A DNA stretch of 64,000 bases from the NCBI GenBank assembly GCA_964487785.1, contig CAZASU010000001.1, forward strand, positions 10,633 to 74,632. Direction: 5' to 3'. The translations under genes and the position numbers were made by a program. The notes under the pieces were generated by a model. That model did not search any database, had not been told where the DNA came from, and was given only the letters and a program-made list of their open reading frames with translations. The DNA comes from an uncultured Gemmatimonadaceae bacterium (GTDB lineage Bacteria; Gemmatimonadota; Gemmatimonadetes; Gemmatimonadales; GWC2-71-9). How positions within the stretch are numbered: position 1 is the first letter of the stretch; each line of letters opens with the position of its first letter. Below, one piece after another: positions 55,283 through 64,000 of the stretch.

Positions 55283-58200
55283 ATGCTCCGACGCGCCGCC
55301 CCGGCACTGATCCTCATGTTGCTCGCGCCGGGACTGCTATCCGCCCAGTACTTCGGACGGAACAAGGTCCAGTACAGCTCGTTCGATTTCAAGGTCATTC
55401 AGACCGAGCATTTCGACGTTTACTATTACGAACGCGAGCGGGTGGCTGCCATGGACGCCGCCCGCATGGCCGAGCGGGGATACGCTCGCCTGTCCAAGGT
55501 CCTGAATCACGATTTTCGCGAGCGGAAGCCGATCATCCTCTACGCGTCGCACTCCGACTTCCAGCAGACCAACGCCTTGGGCCAGGGTCCCGGCGAGGGA
55601 ACCCAGGGCGCCACCGACTTCCAGCGGAACCGGAACGTTCTCCCATTCACCGGCAGCTACAAAGAGTTCGAGCACGTCCTCCAACACGAGATGGTGCACC
55701 AGTTCCAGTACGACACCTGGTCTCGGGGTCGTGCCGGCGGGGGACTGTCGACTCTCATCGCCATCAACCCTCCCCTCTGGTTCGCCGAGGGCATGGCGGA
55801 GTACCTGTCGATCGGCCCGATCAATTCGGAGACCGCGATGTGGCTCCGGGACGCGTCCCTGGAAGGCAATCTGCCCACCATCGAACAGATGACCCTCGAC
55901 CCGTACAAGTACTTCCCCTATCGCTTCGGCCACGCCCTGTGGTCCTACGTCGGCGAGCGGTGGGGCGACGAGGCCGTGGGAGCCATCCTCAAGGGGACGC
56001 TCGCCGGCGGGGTTGATGGCGCCTTCCGCCGAACCATCGGCCTGACCCTCGACCAGCTCTCCACCCAGTGGCGCGATGCGGTACAGAAGAAGTACCTCCC
56101 CGAAATCGGGGCCCGCGCCAAGGCAAGTGCAGTGGCCTCCGCCCTGCTGACCGAGAAACGCTCGGACGGCACCTTGCACCTGGCCCCTGCCCTCTCGCCC
56201 GACGGCTCCCAGGTGGCGTACTTCAGCGAGAAGGACTTCTACTTCGTCGACTTGTACCTGGCCAACGGGACCACCGGCAAGGTGAAGCGGCGGATCCTGA
56301 AGTCGGGAATCAGCAGCAATTACGAGACTTACCGCTTCATCAATTCACAAGCCAACTGGTCGCCCGATGGGAAATACCTGGCCTTTGCGGCCAAGCGAGG
56401 CGCCCGTGATGTCATCGTCATCGTGGACGTCGCCCGCAACAAGGAGATCAAGCGGATCGACCTGAAGCTGAGCGGGGTCACGACCCCGTCCTGGAGCCCG
56501 GATGGCAAGCAGCTGGTCTTCACCGGCTACGACGGCGGGTTAAGCGATCTCTTCGTCGTTTCGCGCGATGGGAGCGGGCTCAGGCGGCTCACCCAGGACA
56601 AATACGCCGATCTTCATCCGGTCTGGTCGCCGGACGGGAAGTCGATCGCGTTCGCGACCGACCGCGGGGGGGAGACCAACTTCAGGACTCTGGCGGTGGA
56701 CAACATGCGGATTGCCCTCTACGACCTGGACACCGAGTCCATCGAGGTGCTCGAGCCGGCGGATCGCAGCAAGAGCGTGAGTCCGCAGTGGGCCCCCGAC
56801 GGGCGCTCGATCGCCTTCGTGTCCGACCGCAACGGGGTGAGCAATATTTTCCTGTATGATCTGGGCGAGAAGGCTATCTACCAACTCACCGACTTCTATA
56901 CCGGAAGCCAGGGGATCACGCCTCTGTCGCCGGTCCTTTCCTGGGCTCAAGATGCCGACCGTCTGGCTTTTGTGTACTTCGAGAAGGGAAAGTACGACGT
57001 CTACACGCTGTCCAACCCGCGCTCGCTGAAGCGCCAGCCGTATCAGCAGCAGGCGCCGGACAGCAGCGGGTTGCTCGTCGCCACCACCCCCGCCCCGGCG
57101 GACACCAGCCGCTCGTTGCAGGTCCGGGAGGAGGTTCGTCCTCAGGTCGGCGAAGGTGGGTCGATCTACCGGACTCCGCAGGGCTTCCGCTCGTCGAGCG
57201 AGGTCGGCCGCACCGGTGACACGGCGTTCGTCGCTCCGCCGGTTTCCATTGCGGCGCTGCTTGACTCAGCCACCTACAATCTGCCGGACACGAGCGAGTT
57301 CACGGTGAAGGACTATCGGGTCCACTTCTCGCCCGATTACGTCGCGCGGCCCTCGATCGGCTACGCCCGGGACAACTTCGGGCGGGGATTCTTCGGCGGC
57401 ACGGCTATCTCCCTGAGTGACATTCTTGGCAACCATCAGCTGATCTTCGCCGGCTCCATCAACGGCCGCATCAGCGAAGCGCAGGTGCTGGCGGCGTACG
57501 CTAATTTGAGCCACCGGATCAACTGGGCCGCCGGAATCTCCCAGGATCCCTACTACTTCCTCGAGCCCAGCGAGGTCCGATTCGACGATCCGGGGCCGGG
57601 GGAGAACACCTTTGTCACCAACGTTCGGCGTCTGGTGGTGCGCCAGGCCTTCGGGCAGGCCTACTACCCGATCAGCCGGTTTCAGCGGATCGAGGGCAGC
57701 CTGCGAGCCGCCAACGTGGACGATGCGGTGCTGAGCATTCTGGAGCCCTACAGCCGAGCAACCCTCAACCCGACGGACGACCCCACCCTCGAGACCAACA
57801 ACCGGCCGGGGATCAACTACGTCCAGCCTTCGACGGCGCTGGTCTTCGACAACTCGCTGTTCGGATACACGGCCCCGTTCTACGGGCGCCGTTACCGGCT
57901 CGAGTTTGCCCAGACCCTGGGTGACTGGAAGTTCTCCCAAGTCACTGCCGACTACCGGCGCTATGATGGGATCGTGGGCCCGATCGTCCTTGCCTCCCGT
58001 GTTCTTTATTTCGGACGGCTGGGACGGGATGCCGCTCGGTTTCGCATTTTTGGCGGCAGCACCGAGCTCATCCGGGGCAACACCTCGGGCTCCTATCGGC
58101 GGAACGAGTGTGTGAACGCCAATGATCCCGGCACCCAGACCGGCTGCGCCGAGCTCGACCGGCTGGTCGGAACTCAGATCGGCGTGGCGAGTGCCGAGCT

Positions 58201-58492
58201 GCGGTTTCCGATCCTGACTCCGCAATTCGGCTTTCTTCCCGACGGCTTCCCTCCGATCGAGGGGGCCATCTTCTACGATATCGGCCTGACGTGGGACGAC
58301 CAGAGCACCATCAGATGGAACCGCCAGAGCGGGGACGATCCCACTCGGGTGCGCACCCCGTCTCAGACCATCGGCTTTTCTGTGCGGACCAACCTGTTCG
58401 GCTTCGCGGTGGCCAGGGTGGACTATTCCATCCCCCAGGAGCGGCGCGGCGTGAAGGGGTTGTGGGCCTTTAGTCTGGGACCGTCGTTCTAG
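55283..58492 (+). CDS. Large exported protein: HExxH peptidase-like N-domain, PD40/TolB-type beta-propeller repeats and a C-terminal outer-membrane beta-barrel
   Basis: Signal peptide, then HEMVHQF plus FAEGMAEY. At least five SPDG(x)xxAF repeats. The C-terminal approximately 400 aa is beta-rich and ends ...LWAFSLGPSF (terminal Phe, OMP signature). Confidence 0.78.
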   Translation: MLRRAAPALILMLLAPGLLSAQYFGRNKVQYSSFDFKVIQTEHFDVYYYERERVAAMDAARMAERGYARLSKVLNHDFRERKPIILYASHSDFQQTNALGQGPGEGTQGATDFQRNRNVLPFTGSYKEFEHVLQHEMVHQFQYDTWSRGRAGGGLSTLIAINPPLWFAEGMAEYLSIGPINSETAMWLRDASLEGNLPTIEQMTLDPYKYFPYRFGHALWSYVGERWGDEAVGAILKGTLAGGVDGAFRRTIGLTLDQLSTQWRDAVQKKYLPEIGARAKASAVASALLTEKRSDGTLHLAPALSPDGSQVAYFSEKDFYFVDLYLANGTTGKVKRRILKSGISSNYETYRFINSQANWSPDGKYLAFAAKRGARDVIVIVDVARNKEIKRIDLKLSGVTTPSWSPDGKQLVFTGYDGGLSDLFVVSRDGSGLRRLTQDKYADLHPVWSPDGKSIAFATDRGGETNFRTLAVDNMRIALYDLDTESIEVLEPADRSKSVSPQWAPDGRSIAFVSDRNGVSNIFLYDLGEKAIYQLTDFYTGSQGITPLSPVLSWAQDADRLAFVYFEKGKYDVYTLSNPRSLKRQPYQQQAPDSSGLLVATTPAPADTSRSLQVREEVRPQVGEGGSIYRTPQGFRSSSEVGRTGDTAFVAPPVSIAALLDSATYNLPDTSEFTVKDYRVHFSPDYVARPSIGYARDNFGRGFFGGTAISLSDILGNHQLIFAGSINGRISEAQVLAAYANLSHRINWAAGISQDPYYFLEPSEVRFDDPGPGENTFVTNVRRLVVRQAFGQAYYPISRFQRIEGSLRAANVDDAVLSILEPYSRATLNPTDDPTLETNNRPGINYVQPSTALVFDNSLFGYTAPFYGRRYRLEFAQTLGDWKFSQVTADYRRYDGIVGPIVLASRVLYFGRLGRDAARFRIFGGSTELIRGNTSGSYRRNECVNANDPGTQTGCAELDRLVGTQIGVASAELRFPILTPQFGFLPDGFPPIEGAIFYDIGLTWDDQSTIRWNRQSGDDPTRVRTPSQTIGFSVRTNLFGFAVARVDYSIPQERRGVKGLWAFSLGPSF

Positions 58493-58668
58493 CAGCGGGG
58501 CGGCAGGGCGGCGGGGCGGCGGGGCAGAAAAGGCGATGATCTCCAATGTCCGAGGAGATCCTTCGTCGCGGAGCCTGCCCTGAGCGAAGTCGAAGGGCTA
58601 CCTCAGGATGACACGGCCGTTTTCCCCTGACCCGCTGCCCCACTGCCCCGCGGCCCCGCGGCCCCGCT
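58492..58668. repeat. Intergenic element: inverted G-rich/C-rich heptad arrays flanking a ~100-nt core
   Basis: The left arm gcagcggggcggcagggcggcggggcggcggggcag faces the right arm ctgacccgctgccccactgccccgcggccccgcggccccgct. The core contains the cctgag...ctcagg hairpin around gagcgaagtcgaaggg. Confidence 0.6.
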
Positions 58669-58680
58669 ATCTTCCATCCC

Positions 58681-60069
58681 GTGAATCCCACAACCACTTT
58701 GCTGGTAGCCGCTTCGCTCTTGGCCGCCTGTGGGCGGAAGACGGAGTTGGCCACGGACCACGCTCCAGGTTCATCCCGCGGCATGGCCGGCGTGAGCGTC
58801 CTGAGAATTCCCCGCGAAGGTGGCGTGGCGCGGCTTTACCGTGTGCCTGCGCTGGACTCCGCCGCCTGGAAGCCGGCTGACCAGTTGCCCGCGATGGAGC
58901 GCCCGATCGGCGCGGACCCGGAGCAGGGCCTCGTGTTCGCCCTGGACCGCAAGAACAACGTCGTCGCACTCGACCTCGATACCCGACGAGTCCGGACCTA
59001 CCTCGAGAATATCCGCTACGCCACGCTGGGCCCCGATGGAGCGCTGTACGCCGTGGATACCGGCGGCGCGGTGACTCAGCTGGTCCGGCGGACCCCGGTC
59101 CGGTTCCGATCCAAGCTGCAGGGCAAACCGACCCAGCTGCATGGCACCATGGATGGCGCCTTGGTATCGAGGCTTGGGGGCGACCGGCCCGCGCTGGAGT
59201 ATCTGGGCCCGGACCAGGCACCGAGCTCCACCCCGCTACCCAAGGGTCAGGTGGCCGCCACCTTCCTCGGTGACCTGGTGGCCGTGGCGGCGGACACCGC
59301 CGTGGTGCTTTACGCTCCGCAGCGAAGATCCGAGCCGCGCTCTATTCCCGTTTCGGGTGATGCTCGGGCGGTGCTGTTCTCGCCCTCGGGGCACCGGCTT
59401 TACGTCGCCCGCGCGGCCGCGCCCCTGCTGGTGCTCGACCGACTCGACGGCACCCACCTGGAGGAGATCGAGCTTCCCGGCCCTGCTCGGGAGCTGCGGG
59501 GCGATATGTACGGCAGATGGCTGCTAGTCCGTCCGGAGCAAGGCGATTCGCTGTGGGTGATCGATGTGGGCACCGGGAAGTACGTCGGGTCTACCGCGGC
59601 ACGCTGGAGCGACGACCTGCCCGCGGTGGCCCCTCCAAACACCTTGCTGATCCGGAAAGGAGCCGATCTGGTCGGCCTCGACCTCTCTGCCACCGGATTT
59701 GCCGAGCAGGGACGCATCCCAGGTGGTGCGGCCGATTTCTGGCTTCCGCTGGCCTGGCAGCCGGCCGGTGATCCCGAGCTTCCCTTCCAATCCGACTCGG
59801 CCCTCGCCGCGGCCGACACCGGACCCGCGCGGCCAACCGTCTATCTCCAGGTGAGCAGCTCGCAGAATCCCGTCTGGGCCAACGAGCTGTCGGCCAAGCT
59901 CAGCGCGGCCGGCCTTCCGGCTTCAGTGCTCACCCCGCGCCGCTCCGAAGAAGTCTACCGGGTGGTGCTTGGGCCTTACGCGACCCGGGAACAGGCAGAG
60001 GCAACCGGCCGGAAGATCGGCATGCCGTCGTTCGTCGTCACGGCTCAGGAAAAGTCCACGGGTCAGTAG
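58681..60069 (+). CDS. SPOR-domain lipoprotein
   Basis: Lipobox SLLAACG. C-terminal SPOR-like segment: VYLQVSSSQNPVWANELSAKL...YRVVLGPYATREQAEATGRKIG. Confidence 0.75.
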   Translation: MNPTTTLLVAASLLAACGRKTELATDHAPGSSRGMAGVSVLRIPREGGVARLYRVPALDSAAWKPADQLPAMERPIGADPEQGLVFALDRKNNVVALDLDTRRVRTYLENIRYATLGPDGALYAVDTGGAVTQLVRRTPVRFRSKLQGKPTQLHGTMDGALVSRLGGDRPALEYLGPDQAPSSTPLPKGQVAATFLGDLVAVAADTAVVLYAPQRRSEPRSIPVSGDARAVLFSPSGHRLYVARAAAPLLVLDRLDGTHLEEIELPGPARELRGDMYGRWLLVRPEQGDSLWVIDVGTGKYVGSTAARWSDDLPAVAPPNTLLIRKGADLVGLDLSATGFAEQGRIPGGAADFWLPLAWQPAGDPELPFQSDSALAAADTGPARPTVYLQVSSSQNPVWANELSAKLSAAGLPASVLTPRRSEEVYRVVLGPYATREQAEATGRKIGMPSFVVTAQEKSTGQ

Positions 60070-60101
60070 CGTCACTCTCCCCACCGACAGGGATCGACGG
60101 C

Positions 60102-63100
60102 ATGAAGCTCACCAAGCTGGAGCTCTCCGGTTTCAAGTCCTTCGCGGATACCGTCACCCTGACCTTCGAGGAGGGCGTCACCGCCATCGTCGGGCCCAAC
60201 GGCTGCGGCAAGTCGAACGTCTCCGACTCGGTGCGCTGGGTGCTGGGTGAGCAGTCCGCCCGCCTGCTTCGCGGCGGCAAGATGGAGGACGTGATTTTCC
60301 AGGGCTCCGCCGCCCGCCGCCCGGTCAACGTCACCGAAGTCTCTCTCTTTCTCGACAACACCGACGGCGAGCTGCCCATCGCCTACCGGGAGGTCGTGGT
60401 CACCCGGCGGCTCTCGCGCTCGGGCCAGAGCGATTATCTCCTCAACGGCTCTCCGGTGCGGCTGCGGGACATCCAGGATCTCTTGCGCGGCACCGGGCTG
60501 GGCAGCGACGCCGGCGTGGTGATCGAGGCCAAGATGATCGACCTCCTGCTCTCCGACCGGGCCGAGGAGCGGCGATCGCTGTTCGAGGAGGCCGCCGGGA
60601 TCGGCCTCTATCGCGATCGAAAGCACAGCACCGAGCGGCGGCTGGAGGAGACCGCCGTCGACCTCCAACGGGTGGAGGACCTGGTCGCCGAGGTGCAGTC
60701 TCAAATCCGGAGTCTGGCCCGTCAGCGCGGCAGGGCCGAGCGTCACGCGAAGCTGTCGGAGGAGAAGTTCGAGGTCCAGCTCACTCTCGCCCGGCGCCAG
60801 CTCGACCGCCTCAGGGAGGAGGCAGCAGGGATGGAGGCGCGCTTCGAGGTGCTGGCCGTTCTGTTGCCGGCGATGCGGCAGCGGCTCAGGGAAAGTGACC
60901 TCCGCCGCGATGAGTCCGCTCGCGCCCGCGCGACCGCCGAGGCGCAGCGGACCGAGATGACCCACCGACTCGCCGGCCTCCGGGTCGAGCTCGGCAAGCT
61001 CGATGGCGATCTGGCGCTCGCCGCCGAGCGACTCGCCAACGCCGCAGGACGGCGACTCCGTGCGGCCGAGGAGCGGACCGGCATGGAGCAGCGGGCGGCC
61101 ACCGCCGCGACCGAGCAAGCGGGCGCCACGGAACACCAGGAGAGCGCCGCAGCTGAGCACGAGCGCATCCTGCAGGAACTGAGCGGCCGCGCCGAGGCGG
61201 AGGAGGAAGTCCGGCGCCGTCTTGCCGAGCAGCGAGGCACCGTCCGCCGGCTCGAGCAGGAGCTGCAGTCCAGCGCCCAGACGCTGAAGGCGCTCGAGGG
61301 TGAGCGCACTGCGCTCGAAGGTGAGCTGGCCTCGCTGCGGGAGCGCGCCGCACAAGCCGCAGTGCGACGCTCCACCCTCCAGCAGGAGCTGGCCGGGGCG
61401 GAACGGCGTCGGGACACCGCGCTCGAGCGAGCCGGCTTCCTGACCCAGGAGACCAGGCGCGCGGCGGCCGCCGCCGAGCATGCCCGCCATGCCCTCGCGG
61501 AAACTCGCGAGCATGAGGCCATGAATCGGGCCGAGCGACGCCAGTCAGAGGAAGCTTTGGCCCAGATGACGGCTCGCAGGCAGGCTCTGGAGGAGTTGGA
61601 GCGAGACCGCGTGGGACTGGCCCCCGGCGCCGCGGCACTGCTGGCGGCGCGGGACAGGTTCGACGGCGGGGTGCTCGGGCCATTAAGTGATTTCGTCAGC
61701 ACCGGGCGGCAGGACGCCGAGCTGGCCGAGCGGCTGCTGGGTGACTGGATGCACGCCGTGCTGGTCCGGAGCGAAGATACGGTGAAGGCCATCCAGTCCT
61801 GGCACGAGGAGTACCAGCCCGGCGCGCTGGTGCTCCTCCCGCTCGATCCAGGACCCATCAACGCCTCCGGGGCCCAGCCGGTGGACGAACGGTTGCGGGC
61901 CGAGGAGCCCGCGGCAGGCTGGGTCCGTGCTGCACTGGCGGGCTCGGAGGTTCTCGACGACTCGGGCCGGATCCTCCGCCGGGCGAGCGGCGCCATTTTT
62001 CTCTCCGGCGCCGGCGCGCCGTCCGGTCCCCTCCGCCGCCGCGCCGAGCTCGCGGCCCTGGCTCAGGAGGTGGCCCAGGCCGAGGCATCGCTGGCCCAGG
62101 CCGGCGAGGCCCTGCGCTTCACAGTCGAACGGTTGGCCGAGCGGGAGCGCACGCTGGCGGAAACCGTCGGCGCCGCCGAGCGGGCCCGCGACGCGGAGCG
62201 GCAGGCCCTGGCCAGCCGTGACGACGTGGTCCGGGTGGTCGGCAATCTCGCCCGCGAAGCGGCCGACTCCGACGCCCAGCTCGACCAGATGACGGAGCGC
62301 GTCACCCGATCGGAGCAACGGCTGGCGGAGATCGATGCGGCCCTGGTCCAGGGCGAACTGAATCGGGGCCTGGTCGAGCAGGAGCTCGGGACCTCTCGCA
62401 GCCTGCTGGCTGAGCTTGAGGCTGATCAGGAGGACGCCCGTGAGCAGCGGGCCCACTGGCAGGTGCAGGAGGCGCATGTAGCCGGAAGTTTGCGCGGCGC
62501 CACCGAGCGGCTCGAGCGGGCCGGTCGCGCTCGCGGGGAGGCCGAAGAGAGGGTTCGCGCCCTGATCGAGGAGCTTACCCGGTTGGATGTCGATACCGCC
62601 TCCGTGGCGGCACAGCAGGCCGAATGGCTCGAAGCCCGAGCCGAGCGACGGGTTGCCCTGCAGGAGCTGGAGGTCGCGAGCGCGGCTGCCGAAGCTTCCC
62701 TGGCCAATGCCGACGCCACGCTGGCGGCAGCGGAGGAGAACCTCGACGCCAGCCGCGTCGAACTCGAGTCCGCCGGTGACGAGAACCATGCCCTCCAGGT
62801 GCGGCTCACCGAGGCCACCGGGTTGCGGCGATCCATCGTGGAGAGAGTCGAAGCCGAATGGCACAAGCCGTTCGATCACCTCATGGCGTCGGCGGTGCTG
62901 CTCGACCTGGATCTCGAGATCCTGGAGTCGGAGGCGGCCCGCATCGTCGCGGCCCTCGATTCGATTGGGCCCGTCAACCCGCTGGCGGTGGAGGAGCACG
63001 CGGAGGAGACCAAACGGCTCGAGTTCCTTACCGCCCAGCGCGATGACCTGATCAGCGCCCGGCAGTCGCTCCTTCAGGCCATCCGCGAGATCGATGGAAC

Positions 63101-63572
63101 GGCCCGGACCATGTTCCTCGAAACCTTCATCGCAGTGCAAGCCAATTTTTCGAAGGTCTTCCACACTCTCTTCGGGGGCGGCGAGTGCGAGCTGAGGCTG
63201 GCCAATCCGGACGACCCGCTCGAGAGCGAGATCGACATCCATGCGGCCCCCCGGGGCAAGCGAACCCAGCGGATCCACCTGCTCTCGTCCGGTGAGCGCA
63301 CCCTGGTGGCAGTCTCGCTCCTCTTCAGCATCTATCTCACCAAGCCGAGCCCCTTCTGCCTCATGGACGAGGTAGACGCTCCGCTGGATGACGCCAACGT
63401 CGGCCGGTTCACCCGCTTGCTCGAGGAGTTCAAGGTGGACACCCAGTTCCTGGTCATCACTCACAATCCCCGGACGATGCAGGCAGCGGATGCTGTCTAC
63501 GGGGTGACCATGCAGGAGCCAGGAGTGTCCTCAATTGTGGGGGTGAAGCTGGGGGAGCGGGAGCACGTCTAA
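60102..63572 (+). CDS. smc: Chromosome partition protein SMC
   Basis: 1156 aa. Walker A GPNGCGKSN, long coiled coils with a central hinge, a C-terminal LSSGERTL signature and Walker B FCLMDEVDAPLD. Confidence 0.95.
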   Translation: MKLTKLELSGFKSFADTVTLTFEEGVTAIVGPNGCGKSNVSDSVRWVLGEQSARLLRGGKMEDVIFQGSAARRPVNVTEVSLFLDNTDGELPIAYREVVVTRRLSRSGQSDYLLNGSPVRLRDIQDLLRGTGLGSDAGVVIEAKMIDLLLSDRAEERRSLFEEAAGIGLYRDRKHSTERRLEETAVDLQRVEDLVAEVQSQIRSLARQRGRAERHAKLSEEKFEVQLTLARRQLDRLREEAAGMEARFEVLAVLLPAMRQRLRESDLRRDESARARATAEAQRTEMTHRLAGLRVELGKLDGDLALAAERLANAAGRRLRAAEERTGMEQRAATAATEQAGATEHQESAAAEHERILQELSGRAEAEEEVRRRLAEQRGTVRRLEQELQSSAQTLKALEGERTALEGELASLRERAAQAAVRRSTLQQELAGAERRRDTALERAGFLTQETRRAAAAAEHARHALAETREHEAMNRAERRQSEEALAQMTARRQALEELERDRVGLAPGAAALLAARDRFDGGVLGPLSDFVSTGRQDAELAERLLGDWMHAVLVRSEDTVKAIQSWHEEYQPGALVLLPLDPGPINASGAQPVDERLRAEEPAAGWVRAALAGSEVLDDSGRILRRASGAIFLSGAGAPSGPLRRRAELAALAQEVAQAEASLAQAGEALRFTVERLAERERTLAETVGAAERARDAERQALASRDDVVRVVGNLAREAADSDAQLDQMTERVTRSEQRLAEIDAALVQGELNRGLVEQELGTSRSLLAELEADQEDAREQRAHWQVQEAHVAGSLRGATERLERAGRARGEAEERVRALIEELTRLDVDTASVAAQQAEWLEARAERRVALQELEVASAAAEASLANADATLAAAEENLDASRVELESAGDENHALQVRLTEATGLRRSIVERVEAEWHKPFDHLMASAVLLDLDLEILESEAARIVAALDSIGPVNPLAVEEHAEETKRLEFLTAQRDDLISARQSLLQAIREIDGTARTMFLETFIAVQANFSKVFHTLFGGGECELRLANPDDPLESEIDIHAAPRGKRTQRIHLLSSGERTLVAVSLLFSIYLTKPSPFCLMDEVDAPLDDANVGRFTRLLEEFKVDTQFLVITHNPRTMQAADAVYGVTMQEPGVSSIVGVKLGEREHV

Positions 63573-63578
63573 AAAAAG

Positions 63579-63697
63579 GTCGAGGGTCTGGGGTCAAGGG
63601 TCTATGGTATTGACTCGACGCGCCCCTCATGACCTCGTCCAAGTGGCACGTAGCGTGCATCATTAGACTCTAGACTCTCGACCCTAGACCCTAGACC
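63579..63697. repeat. Second copy of the GGTCTAG-heptad inverted-array element
   Basis: The left arm ggtcgagggtctggggtcaagggtcta faces the right arm tagactctagactctcgaccctagaccctagacc. The central spacer is 58 nt. It belongs to the same family as 44318-44407. Confidence 0.7.
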
Positions 63698-63716
63698 TTC
63701 CGGAGTTCCAGCCCAG

Positions 63717-64000
63717 AATGCTCATCGTCATGCGCCATGGCGCAGCGGAAGAAGAGATCCAGCGCGTCGCCGCTACCATCGAGGAGATGGGGTATCAGGC
63801 GCGGCCTATGCCTGGCAAGCAGCGCACCACGGTCGGTCTCGTTGGCAACGACGGACGGGTGGACGGGTCCCGCCTCGCCGCACTCCCCGGAGTGCAGGAA
63901 ATCATCCACGTCACCAAGCCGTACAAGCAGGTGTCCCGGGAGTGGAAGGCGGACTCCACCGTCGTCCGGCTTCCCGGTGGGCTCTCCGTTGGCGGCGACG
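63717..64000 (+). CDS. 3-deoxy-7-phosphoheptulonate (DAHP) synthase, type I-beta with an N-terminal regulatory ferredoxin-like domain; 3'-truncated by the window edge
   Basis: MLIVMRHGAAEEEIQRVAATIEEMGYQARPMPGKQRTTVGLVGN...VTKPYKQVSREWK parallels the N-terminus of Thermotoga-type DAHP synthases. Confidence 0.8.

Overview
This is a high-GC (judged by eye) bacterial chromosomal segment. The protein content resembles Gemmatimonadota-like or other high-GC soil bacteria, but that is inference only. Most of the window is densely packed housekeeping DNA. On the plus strand: gltX, pdxJ, ispE, prs, L25/ctc, pth, ychF, rpsF-rpsR-rplI, rsfS, smc and the start of a DAHP synthase. On the minus strand there is a roughly 13 kb run of start/stop-overlapping genes: rsmI, DUF4159, a giant coiled-coil membrane protein, a TPR protein, a Tat-signal protein, a JAB-DinG helicase, an FAH-family hydrolase, an aminotransferase and two unknowns. 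The one clear accessory region is a decayed ~11.6 kb island integrated at tRNA-Gln(UUG), spanning 28963-40622. It is bounded by 43-nt direct repeats and retains only a frameshifted C-terminal integrase remnant. Its cargo is signal transduction only: two paralogous receiver proteins, several broken genes, an RR-HD-GYP, and a tight TonB-dependent receptor / YfiR-like / CHASE8-like hybrid histidine kinase / CheY-like operon. Other points of interest:
- an N-terminal RadC/JAB-like domain fused to a DinG Fe-S helicase;
- tandem radical-copper-oxidase (glyoxal/galactose oxidase-like) lipoproteins next to a multi-PAS hybrid kinase;
- two PKD lipoproteins that share a DUF4114-like C-terminal domain;
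- a DAK2(FakA-like)-DegV(FakB-like) fusion;
- a formyltransferase-like fusion protein following two GT4 glycosyltransferases;
- a set of intergenic hairpin elements whose arms are inverted arrays of short tandem repeats.
No CRISPR array, rRNA, intact transposase or recognisable phage/defence gene set was seen. Start codons are often uncertain, and many long antisense ORFs are high-GC shadows.
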